DNA of 63,786 nt, filler included, from Choristocarpus tenellus KU-1152 (taxonomy: Eukaryota > Protista > Phaeophyceae), in assembly GCA_964200185.2 (NCBI GenBank). It is 9 parts of 9 records of this genome, joined end to end, with 100 filler letters (N's around TTAATTAATTAA, not from the genome) between each part and the next. Parts side by side here need not be neighbours in the genome. Positions count along the whole stretch, not along the records: positions 13,325 to 21,944 come from CAXNAD020004522.1; positions 22,045 to 33,115 come from CAXNAD020002523.1; 7 more parts are not named here. One strand, 5' to 3'. This document shows positions 13,325 to 25,100 of the stretch, piece by piece. Each line of letters opens with the position of its first letter. The stretch's first letter is position 1. A program made the position numbers and the translations under genes. A model generated the notes under the pieces. The model was not told the DNA's origin. It was given only the letters and a program-made list of their open reading frames with translations, and did not search any database.

Positions 13325-13599
13325 GTTTTTTTATGGTCCCCTCTCCCCGTTTGTTGAAAAAAAAACACTGTTTGCGCGCCCCCCCCCCCCCCCCCCCCAG
13401 ATACTTTAGGTCATTTCTTGCACTATTATTGATGCCATACTCTCTTGCCCCAGAACTCCTCCACCAATACATGGTGCAATGTATCTTCTTTCCTCCTAAT
13501 GTGCATCACTCACTCACCCCATTCCTTTTCTAAAAGTGTGGACTTGACCTGCCGTTGACTCTTTTTTGAAGGCCTTGCTTGAGACGTTCCTCCCCTCAG

Positions 13600-14260
13600 C
13601 AGTTTTGATGCTTGTCACTAACACCTGCATAAATGTACTTCCCATACCTCCCTCCCTCCTAGGTGTACAGTTCTTTGGTCGACAATAGTGTTATTGTATG
13701 GGTATTAACGGCAACTCTCTGGCTGGTGACATTCTTCCAGAGGAATTCCATGAGGTTAGCTTGTAGAAAGCAGCACTGAATATTTTTCCACCCTGCCATT
13801 AAAACGACTATTGCAGCTAACATTCATTTGGAATAACCAAAGTACTCTGCAGCACAAGAATGGCGATACCTCCAAGCCAAGCTCCCCTTGCATCCAGGAA
13901 AAACTATTGGCATGTCTTAATGAGCAGAAGAGCTCTTTGCACATAATTGAATATATCAAAAGAGGGCCCCCCCAGTCATCGCACCTTACAATATTGGCCC
14001 AGTGGTATTGACGATCCATGACCTCACAAGTAACGCCAAGAGCACTTTTGTATAGATAGATGCAAGACATTGCTCATATGAATAAGAGCATTTCCACCAA
14101 CAGAAAACCATCCATATCAAACTGAATAAATGAAACGCATTGTACTCACCTAGCAACCCCCCCCTGTCCGCCAATGTTCGTGTTAAACTCCACCATGCTT
14201 TTCTCTTGTGTAGAGTACACCAGCCGCAATACATCACAAGAAGCCTTACCATGAACCACA
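13600..14260 (+). mobile_element. Possible degenerate LINE 3' region
   Basis: LLGVQF (~13656, cf. YLGV) and a frameshifted CP..C....HHAFLLC (~14165-14210) resembling the LINE C-terminal CCHC finger. Confidence 0.3.
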
Positions 14261-17200
14261 CCTACCTGCATTAGATCACACTATCTCCAAATTGCCCCAT
14301 TAGTGATACCTTCAGATGATCAAGGGGTTAATAAATACTACTTCCAAGTACTCACCACCACCACTCAACAGCTGCCACAAGAAAATTGAGACAGCTAATT
14401 AGAACTCTCCTTGCAACACCAACAAACCCAAAATATATTTTTCATTATAAAGGGTGCAAACAGATGCAGCTGCAGAGCGTGAAAGAGAATGGCTTGCTGA
14501 GGCTCAGACAAACCAGGCGAAGATTAGGAGACAGGCTAAGCTCTTGGAGAAGATGCAATTGCAGAGTGGGGGCATGACAGAGGATGTATAATGTAAACCT
14601 AGCATCCTTTGTCATGGAACACAGGTCAAGAAGGACTACACTTCAATGTGTAGAACACAAATACAACCATCTGAGCCCAACGATTAATACAATATCTCGG
14701 CATCATCTTCAGGGAAAACACATTCTGCTTCTATTGTATGAAAGTACATTTCTGCCCCATTGTGTGATCTTGTACAAGTGAGTGTCACACTCCGCTGGAG
14801 TGTGTAGGTAACCCCGCCATGGAGGATATTCAAACAAAGAAAGTAGTAAGTGTTATTGTTGCGCTGGGAGCACAAAAAAGGTGCCGCATTAGATTCAGTA
14901 CTTCTTTCAAACCACACATGAGCAAAACTGCTGTCCTGGAGTCACCTTTGTCTTATGACCCCAATGAAAATATATGTGATAACCCATACTCTTCACACTG
15001 CATGAACACCAAGCCCATATATATACCACCTTCATTCTGGTATCTTGTGCGCCATACTGTTTGAGGAGGACAATTACCCACCTTGTAATATGTCTTCTAC
15101 TATCTTCTACACTTGCACCCACTGTGATTCCCATACCCCAATCTTCCCTTTCCTTCCCCCACCAAATCGAAACTTTCCTACCTGTACCTCCCATGGGTCT
15201 TCTAAACTATTCTCAGCCGGATCCCGAAGAAATTGCATTTATCGCTTGCCGTATTGTATATTGATACTGTCTATCAGGGGAAGCATTTGGGAGTTAGTCT
15301 GTTGGGTTTTATCTTCTGGGCATGGTCAGGTAGACTTGGCATACCTGCACCCTAATCCCCAGTGCCACTGCAAATACTCAAGTATCAATCCGTTGATTGA
15401 AAAACTTCCCATCCACATACCAACACTTTGCATGCTCTACTAGCAGCTAGTTAAGTCTTCAGGGGGTATTCTAAAAATGGGACTGTGACATACGGCGTAC
15501 ATGCACTCTTAACAATAGTCTCAAGGTCACAGCAACCAGTGAGCTTCCCTGGAAGTGGAAATCCAGATCAATTATTACCAACTACTTGAAGTTTCCAAGC
15601 ACCCTGTACACTGGCGATGTCTTAGTCAACCTTTTTTTTTCTTTTGAAGGGGAAGGTTAGACAAATCTACAGTAGTAGGGAGCAATGAGTGTAGCAACAC
15701 GGACTACTAGTGGTCAGTTAGCACTACTGTAAAAGAACAAAATGAATGCATATCCTTAAGTACCAACCCTATCATCACCCCCACCCACCCCAGTTATGAC
15801 TTTCGCTACTTATCCAACGGTAGACCACCCTACTATGTGCCCTACTCTTTTGACCCCATCACAGATGCAAAGGTTGGTATTACCTGTGACAAGAGCAACC
15901 TGAATTGACGACCCATCACGGGTACCTCTGATCCCCAATTTTCGACTCTCGCATTTATATATATCGAGCTACTACCTTACAACGTGATCTAGCCTGCAGT
16001 TTAATCATTGAAGCCAGGATACAGCACTCAAAGACCGGAAGGGCATAGAAACAAGTACTACTCATTGACCTAAGGGACTCAACAAGTGTGTCCATGCCTG
16101 GTTACCCACCCTCTAATAACCCTATGCCCTCAACTTAACGACTTTTCCACTAATGTGCGGGGATCAAAAATGTTTGCCATAGGAACAGTATGATGTTAAG
16201 ACTGATCAGTGTAGGCCACACTCCACAAAATCTAGTTCATTGGTGCAATATCGCATAAATCATGTGATTCTGCAGCAGCGTGGTTAACTCAGACAAGAAT
16301 GGTGAAGAGAATCACTGGGCAAGGTGGACCAGACGGACCGAAACGAACCCAAACCAAGAGGATGAGGTTTAAGGTTGGACAAGTTTAAACCTGCAAGGAC
16401 TCGCAGGAAATTGTGGAGCGATAAGAATCTTATGAGAGGGGGATCATCACAGTAGTCAAGACCAGACAACAAAGAGAATCTTTGATGCGTGACATCTCTG
16501 GTTGAAGAGATAGATGTCTACCACTTGTGGGATTGGTCTCTCGAAAAATTTTCCGCATATAAATTATTCGTAACATCCTCCACTGGAATCAGGGATTCCT
16601 GACAAGGAAATCTCAATCGGTACAACGATATAGTAACAGCCAAACCTGCTTTCCACATAACCCCCCTTTCTGATTGGCCTTGAAGTCATGCATCACCTAA
16701 ATCTGAATTTTGCTATGCTCACAAATTCTGGACGCAATGATTCGCCTCGTCTTCACATCTCACCCACTCTCCTCCTCCTCCTCAACCCCTGTAACACTGT
16801 GTAGAATATGATATGAATTCCAGCAGTATGTAACCGAAAGCATTTAGGTTCATGGTTCGTATATTTGCGGAATATTTATAGAGAACCAATTCTGGGTTTC
16901 GATGTCCACATGTTGTTCGAGACGTTTTTTCTTTATACTGATCGAGTTTTCTAGAAGCATTGTAAGTGTTCAGTTTTAGTGATTCCTTCTAGAAGCAATA
17001 GGTGCTGAACCGAGCCCTACCACGAATATTATTGTCACTCTACTCTGTCCAAGCATGCCATCAAGTTCAGCAAAGTGGAATCATGTGAGGCTCCCATTTC
17101 TTTCCGTTCCCTTCTTCTAAAATTCCTCCCCCATGGTCTGTGTCATGTCCTCAACGGCCCAACCCTTTTCTTCACCCTCAAACCTCTTACCCTAGCATCA

Positions 17201-19818
17201 GTCTTGGCTACTCTTTCCCTTGCCCTTGAAAATCTATCCCCTGCTTTACGTCTATCCTCCCTGAACCCTTTCTCCTTTTTCCAGTCAGCCTGTCTAGTCA
17301 ACCCCTTTCCTGGTGTGATCCCAAAGGCTAAGTCAGCCGCCAAAATCAAAGCCCAGAGTAGACTCATGGGACCAGTGACTCATTTTACTTATTGTATATT
17401 TTAGCTTCTACATCTCTCCCAACAGTGAAAAGCAAAGGAAGCTCCTCTTCAATTAGCTCCTCTCCAGCCTAAATCCTAGCGTTATGGAGGTACCACACCA
17501 TCTTATTATCCATAATACTCGCTATTGGGTTCTACCACTCCAGGCTACGCCTTCCACACTTTGTACCTCAGTTCCCAGCTGCAGACACCTCTCATTTTAT
17601 CCCGCACCCTGGCGGCTCTCTTATCTTTCTTTCTTCTTCTAGCATCCCCCCACATTCGGCATACACGATCCTTCACCTCATGATCTTTTTTTTTCTTTTT
17701 TTACTTTTCCATCTTCGAGTGCCACTCAATGGCGTGAGTTAGAAACTATTGTACTAAGCTCTTGGTATGGGTTGGGTTGACTCTCTGAGCAGATTGTGCA
17801 TTCTCTCCTTAACCCCCCAAACCCCCTCATTCTAGACATTCAAGTTCCTAAACTTACTTCTCTCACCTTGGAAAGAAAACTCTCGAATGACGCCTACATC
17901 TGATGTCCATGTCATAACTGTGTTCTCAGCTCCATGGTCTCACAAGTAGTCAGAGAACAATCCAGCGCTTGAATATTGTTCGTGCATGGTTGGCATCAAC
18001 ACTCTTGCATGATGCATTACTGACTAGTCTTGATGGATTACTATGACATAAGGACTGAGCCCTGTGGTAAGGAGGTATTCTTCTGGTCATCGCCACAGCT
18101 GCCAGTGAGTTATCTGGGATGTGAGAAGTTCTTAATGACATTGTTTGGGTGGAATCAGCAAGGTACGTATCACTCGTAGATGACTCAGAGGTCAAACGTA
18201 CTCAGTCCAACTCTCCCTAGTCAATAATCACCCTATTTTCACTTTCATTCACCCTGTGCATTGGCCCTACTGTTACTATCCCTCTTCCTCCCCCCCCCCC
18301 CCCCCCCCCCCCCTTTTTTTTTTTTTTTTGGGGTAAAAAAACAAACAACCACACATGTTTTTTTTTTCCCCCCCCAACTAATCACATCTATGAGCAACAC
18401 CTGATTAACTTGAAACTTCTGGAGGTGTTCGTGGCATCATAGTACATTTTTCTCTCTCTCTCTCTTTGATTCGTACGGGCTACTATCATTCACTTAGTAC
18501 AACCGTAACCATGTGCATATATACCCATATCTATTCAGTCACAAGCCCCCTCCGTAGTGATTGACTTGAACTGATTACCTCTCTATTGGTCACCATACAC
18601 TGTGATCCTGCCATCTATTTCAGTGGTTACTGGCCAATAATGATTGTAGCAAGGATGACAAAGTATACTGCTGTTCTGTAATACACATACCAATTCTAAC
18701 TATCTTGGCAATCACCCAGGTACCATTATACAGAGCGACCTAATCTGGTTATTTTTATTACTAAGTCAAGGGGATATCTCAGCTTGTAAGCACAGTGGCA
18801 TAAGAGCTATGACCAATCGCTTAGGCTGGACGCGTGATTCAGACGTCAAAATATGCCTATTTACCTATCCTATTGCTAGGGTCCCCACTCTTTACCAACG
18901 AGTCCCTCACCCCCACTCCTTTTCGTTGACAAGAATTTGATTATAACACTCTTAGCCCCAATACGATGTTCTCGAACTATCGATTTCTTTCACTTCAGCC
19001 AATGGTTGTTAACACTTGTAGCAAGGACGACAATGTATACTACTGAACCTGTCTTGATCTATCCCCAATTCTAAACTTCATGGCGATCACCCTAGGTACG
19101 CCCCACTGTGCAATGTGACCCGATCCAGCTTGTAGCTAAAGCGGCATAAATCTACAACTGTTTTGGAAGTATAATTGATTCAAATTGTATCTATGCCTAG
19201 CACCCATCCTTCACTATTCCTTTACTTTTCTCTGGATTGCCCCAGATATAACCCTCCTATTTACATGACTGTCCATCTCATGTTTCCAATTCCCACCCTA
19301 CACCAACCTGCACTGTTTCTAGCGTCAAAGCCATCCTCTCCACCAATACTTTCTTGACTTCTCACCATTTCGTCTGGTTCCCATGCATCGTCACCTTTAC
19401 TACTGAACATTCTCCGTTCTCCCCTATGGAAAAGATAGCTCGGAAGTTGTTGTGGCCTTGCCCCTCCTTGCCCTGCTCCTCCCTTGACTTGAACTTTCAC
19501 TCTGCCCCATTCCTTCTTAGCTCATGCGTTTACCTACCACTCATTCCTTTTTACTTCTCACACCCAACATTTAACTTTTCGTCTACCCCCCACTTCTTTT
19601 CAATACATTACCATGTTCTCTAACATTCTGAAGGTGTGTGATGGGAAAAGCCAATTCAATATAATAAGAACCCCTCTAAGAGTTACAGTGATGAAGATTG
19701 CTCAACCTGATGGTGAGGGGATGTGGCCCATATGAAATACCATGACTGAGTCCCCTAACTGTGCACTTGGCACATCACTTACCCCACCGCAACATCAAGA
19801 GCATGTTCTTTCTGAAGT

Positions 19819-21783
19819 ATGAAAGGAAACTCACTGTGGAACCCTTCTTTGTTAAGATCGCAAATTTCCACGATCTCTGTCCAAGATATTGCAAAGATAT
19901 TACCTCAGACGCACCATGTTTCAGCTTCCCCTCCCTACTTTTGCTCTGATAACAAATTGCAAGGGCCCTCAGTGTGTGTCGATGGGAGTTTGGTCCGCTT
20001 GGGGTCGGCTTCTGTCACTCCACATGCTCAAACAAAATCGACTGCATCAAGGTTCAAAGCCTTCTCCATCAAGATACTCAAGGTGGTGCTAATATCTGTG
20101 GCGACCATCCTGTTCGCGTGGTGCCTCATAAGCATTGGGTTTGTTAATACTCGGGATGATGGCGAGGACAACCTCAACTTCCGTCACCAAGACCTGTCCA
20201 AGACAGACGTAGCTGTCAAAAACTTTCGATATGCTAGAGACGAAAGTCCGCAGGATGCAATTACAACCACCGAACTGGCGGCGCAAAGTTGTGCTTATGA
20301 CGAGGGCAACCTCGAGTACGAGATTAAAGGGGTAAGACTAGTAATACCTTTTTGCCTCGAACTGTAGAGTCAACGAATAGGTTATAATGCGTTATGTACG
20401 GGAGCTGCAGTTTTCTATGAACCGATGTCGTTCTCTCACAAAATAAACAAGTGTATTTGAAGGTATTTGTGCCGAATCTTGGTGTCGATGGACAAAATCA
20501 AATGTTCTGCAACTATCGTCATAGCACCCCACATGTTTTCCCTCCCCTCTCCCCTGTTCCTGACTCTCTGACCAATTTTCAACCCCTCCTCCTGACAGTC
20601 GAGATGAGGCATACATTGATTATCCGACCCGACCCCTTTACGGTTTGTGAGCAGGTGGGGGCGTGGGAGAAGAAAGGTATGGTATTTATCAATCTACGCC
20701 GTCAAATGGTCTACCTCGAGGTGAGTTGTCTAACACATATTTCAAGTGTATGTTATCACCTACATTACCTTTTTTTATCACTAAGTTCTCTGTGTTGTTG
20801 TGAGAAGAAGAAGGGTATGGTGATAATCGATGTACAACGCCAAACGGTCCACTTCAAGTTGAGTTGTTAACATATCATTTGTAGTATGCGTGTACATCAC
20901 CCTCTTTTGCTTTCAATCACTTAGTTCTCTGTGTTTAGCCCACAGTGAGACTGATACTCCTCTTCTCCACCCTCGAGGCCTCAAGGTGCCCAAGGCAGGA
21001 TCATCCACAACCAGAGCTGCCCTTCGTCCTGCTGGCTTTTTTCAGGTGCACTGAATGCAAGGGAATGGCTTGACACAAGATTATTCGGTCATTCTTTCAC
21101 TAGTATCTACTTCTACCTACCTCATTTCACAACACCACCTCAGAAACACGTGATGAGGTGCCCCACTTGAAGTTGATGCGAGATAATTATTTCTACAAAA
21201 CAAGGGCGTTCTGAGCGTTCTGAGCCGTCGCCGAGCTACGGACTCAAAGACCTTCTCGACCATCCAGCTCTTTACACGTGCCTGGTTAGAAGGTCTGTTC
21301 CCCTGGCTTCAAAGTAAAAGCCATTTTTTTAAAAAATATATATAATTTGGCAGTTTCGGCTTAATGCACGTACGTGCATTGTGCTCTAATAAAAAAAAAA
21401 AATTAAGAAAAAAAAAAGAGTCCTATTTAGCCTTCCGCAAAACGCCCCCCGCGCGGTGGGTGGCCGCACAGCTCACACACCAGGATACCCAAATCCCCCA
21501 TCCCCCCCTTGTGCTCACTCTCGAACTGTTCCAGGTATTAGTGGAGAAGCAATTGGAAGCTGTAGGAGGGGAGCCTCTGCTGGAAAAGTTTTTTTCTTTC
21601 ACCGTCGTTCGAGAGCCGATGCAGCGCGGAATCTCCGCCTTTTACACAATCTGCGACCACATGGGTAGGCACAAGATGGGAAGAATCCCTGAAACTCCGG
21701 AGGGATTCACCCGGTACATCAATTCGCTATACAACGGGACTGAGATGGACAGGCTCACGTTTTATCACCACGCTCTGCCCATG
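19819..21783 (+). CDS. Type-II membrane carbohydrate sulfotransferase (Sulfotransfer_2 family), 3'-truncated by contig end
   Basis: Phase-0 exons 19819-20331 (TM helix ILKVVLISVATILFAWCLISIGFV; start uncertain), 20655-20720, 20986-21045 and 21535-21783. Splicing yields the 5'-PSB motif YLEVPKAGSST and the 3'-PB motif FSFTVVREPMQRGISAF, followed by HHALPM. Confidence 0.85.
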
Positions 21784-22107
21784 GTAAGGCGCACATCGTG
21801 CATAATCCTCTGGGATGTTCCTGGTGTCTTGCTAAGAAACAGTGCATACAGATTTTGCATCGCTGGGGGGGGGGGGGGGCCTTATTTTTTTTTTTTTTTT
21901 GCATTGTTATTTTTGTGTTGGGTGGGGGGGGGGTTCCTTTGTACNNNNNNNNNNNNNNNNNNNNNNNNNNNNNNNNNNNNNNNNNNNNTTAATTAATTAA
22001 NNNNNNNNNNNNNNNNNNNNNNNNNNNNNNNNNNNNNNNNNNNNATCAGCAAGCCTATCAATAGTTGCCGTCTCCTTCCCCTAGCACCATCCCCCTTGCC
22101 TAAGAAA

Positions 22108-25100
22108 TCACGCCTTCATTGGAGTGTCCGGTACAGCAGACGGTAAGGTCATGTTTGGGAAGTATTGGTGTTCAGAGTCAGAAGAACATTCGCCTCCCTC
22201 CTCCAAGGCCCCCACCATCCCATATAATCTTCGCGTCTGTCTGGCACCCTGAGATGATGCTGCCCCCGGCGACTCAGCGACAAATAAACCTCTGCCTGCT
22301 AAGTTGGTACACAGAAGCGAACATCTTTCTGGTGAGGTAGGTGCACCAAAGTCTGAATAAATGTGGACTCTTCCACTCCCACTCCCTCTCTGGACCCCTT
22401 GGGTTTCCCAGTCATCTGCCTCCCATCTCCTTCTGGATTCCCCTTTCCCCCCACCCCCATCCATGCTGCTACTCAGATCTGACTCTTGCCCTACTGCTGT
22501 TGGCAAAACCCCTACCCCCGGAGGGCTGGACTCCTTGAGCAATGTGTCACTTTGTGCTGCCCCTCCATCTAAAACGTTAGATACATATGGCACCCCCAGA
22601 AGGTTAGAAGGGGCCATTTGTCCTGATGAAATACTGCTACCCTTGCCTTCCTTTTGTACCTCCTCTGGCACCCTTCGCCGCTTCCTCCCACCCGCCCCCT
22701 TCTGTGGTGTTTCCCTGACAAGTACACCTGATCGCGTGCGCCTGCCAAGAGTAACCAGTCCCTCAGTTCTATCTACTCCTACTCCTATGTGCATCATCCC
22801 CCTAGCACCTACTGCTTCCCCCTTTGAAACCACCTCTGCCTCCAGAGGATCACTTATGTACAAGTCTTTTGCAGCACTAGGGCCATACGGTGTGTCAGCA
22901 CACAAGTGGGCCTTCACACCTGCCGCTGCCATTACCCGCTCTTCCCGTTCTGCCCTCCTAGTTGCAGGGGTCTTAAGCACCCTGCCCCCACTCCCCAGCC
23001 CAAGCCCACCTCCACCTCCATTCCTTTCCACATTGCCTCGACCAGAGTTCCTTGGGTGGGGCACCAGCCCATCCACCACACTGGTGGGCTCCCTCTGCCG
23101 GGAGTTGGGTATAAGTGCTGATGCTTCGGTATAGCTCGGTCTGGGTCTCTTCCTCTTCAACGCCCCTGCATGGAGTATCAAGTAAGACGACATACTTAGC
23201 TGAATGAGGAAGCATGAGGTGACTGCTTTGAGGGGTGGAATTATGTACGTGCAGGGGAGGATGACCAAGGTGAAGGCAAGCGTAGGTATAGCACCAGGAA
23301 GATAAGTTCTGAAAAACCACACAACCTGGTATCCAATTTTTCGTAAAGTTATCTGTCCCCTTTCCCTCACCCTCCCCTCTGAGGGAGGAATAACGTACAA
23401 CATGAAAAGACCCCCACAGCAATTACAAACACTTTAGATGGAGAGTATTGGGGGTTAAGTCAAACTCCTTGAGGGCCCCAACCCAGGCAAAGATCAATAT
23501 CAGAGTAATCCTGCTAACTAATATTTTCTTGACTGCGAGCCCTCCATTTACCAAGTGGATCGATGACCATTCGAGGAGTAAGCAGGGACTAGAAATATTG
23601 GGCAGATGGTAAGGATTTTTGTAGTGTAACGTTCAAGACCAAGAACATTGTACTCACCTTTTGTCAGCCCCAAGCGACTACTTGATTCAAGTACTGTCTC
23701 CTTTCTTCCACTGCTATCAATAGCGCCCTTGACATTTGCAGCTCCACTTCGATCCTTGCCACTGTTCAAAAGCCCTCCTCGCCAGGAGAACCGGCTCTCA
23801 CTTTGGCTTCCTTTCCTGGAAGGGACTTGCCCCGCAGGTAGGTGAGCAATGCTGCTGGCACCCCTCAGTGCTGGAACGGTGACCTGAGCAGATAGAGGGA
23901 AATAGATACCACAACCACAAGATCAAGGTGTCAGGAGAGAGGAAGCGAGCGAGCAAATGTAGGTGTTCAGGTGTTTGATTGCTGGAAGTACAAGCATGAA
24001 CAATGCACCACCCTGGCATCATCTGTGCTGTTTGATAAGGATGAGATGTACAAATGTTTTCAACAGTTACGGGAAGCATGTAGTTTGAGCATCACATACG
24101 CACATACCTCTAGTCCTCCCTCTCTTATCCGCAATACACTCAGGCAACCCAAATTACTGACACATTGAGCAATACTAAAACAAAAAATCTTGAAAGAAAA
24201 GACACTACTGTATGCCTGCTCTCAAGCAGGAAGGTCAAAACACAGGTGGATGGGAGGCTGGGTCTGTTCCTAACAATGGCATCATACATTGCTACTACAT
24301 GAAAATATAAGAGGACATGTCCAGTACTTCTTACAAGGAATATTTTACCCGTCAGCACTTTCACTAACAGCTTCAGCATGACATTGTTCAACAGCACAAC
24401 TCCTCGCCTTCCTAAATGTGTTGAGCACCCCTGGCATCTTCGTGAAGTGGTTATGGGAGATAATTCTCCGGTCTGATGCAAGGATGCCCCTTGGTGCTGC
24501 AGCAACGCACAGTGCCAAATCACCCACTGACTCAATTGTGTCGACAGCATTTCGACCTAAGAAGGTGACAGGGAGGAAGGAATGGATTCAGGGGGGGAAA
24601 GGCAGAAAGTGAGAACAGAAAAACACCGAGAACTCATTCAAACAACCGGCTGTGCCCCGTTGCTACAAAACGTTGATTGTCCAGTACTTTTTGACGTTGA
24701 GGACGAGGCCCTTACCATTCCTCCTCTCCCAGAAGCACTTGTGCATTACTTTGAGCGGTGTCCAACGAGTGCAATTTGTTCAGCACCTGTAGCAACTCAT
24801 TTACTTCTCCAAAACATCAAAGGATGCAGGAGGCCATAAACCATGCCAGAGATAGCATGTCCCACGCAGGGCCGACCACCATCGCTTAAAACTATCCCCA
24901 CCAGAAGGGTTGACCTACTCAATTGTTGGGGTTGCTTATCAGATGCCTTCATAAGTGCTAAGCACACCAACCAATAATTCCTTTGCCTCTCCCTCAGCCC
25001 TGTCCCTCCTGAATGTACTCCCACACATCCTCACCTGACATATCAACAATCACTGCCCCACCCATGGCAGTCACCGCTTTTGAAGCGTCACCAGCTGTAC

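Noticed and set aside
13140-13411. One complete family B element spanning the linker
   Set aside because: The flanks TCTT and ATTT do not form a TSD, and the ends are on different contigs.
14465-15540. Possible + strand exons (e.g. AAAEREREWLAEAQTNQAKIRRQAKLLEKMQLQ)
   Set aside because: They look coding, but I could not build a phase-consistent chain or assign a family.
16790-18200. Solo LTR (16790-17036) and Copia RT remnant (SYLGCE...NQ at ~18108)
   Set aside because: No matching TSD was found and the motifs are too few to support a feature call.
18288-18373. Poly-C/poly-T run, and similar runs at 21864-21932 and 63746-63767
   Set aside because: These are low-quality homopolymer sequence, mostly near contig ends and probably sequencing artefacts.
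23166-23403. Hydrophobic N-terminal part of the 431-aa ORF as a membrane domain
   Set aside because: It lies upstream of the CAG acceptor at 23166-23168, which is phase-compatible with the previous exon, so it is intron read-through.
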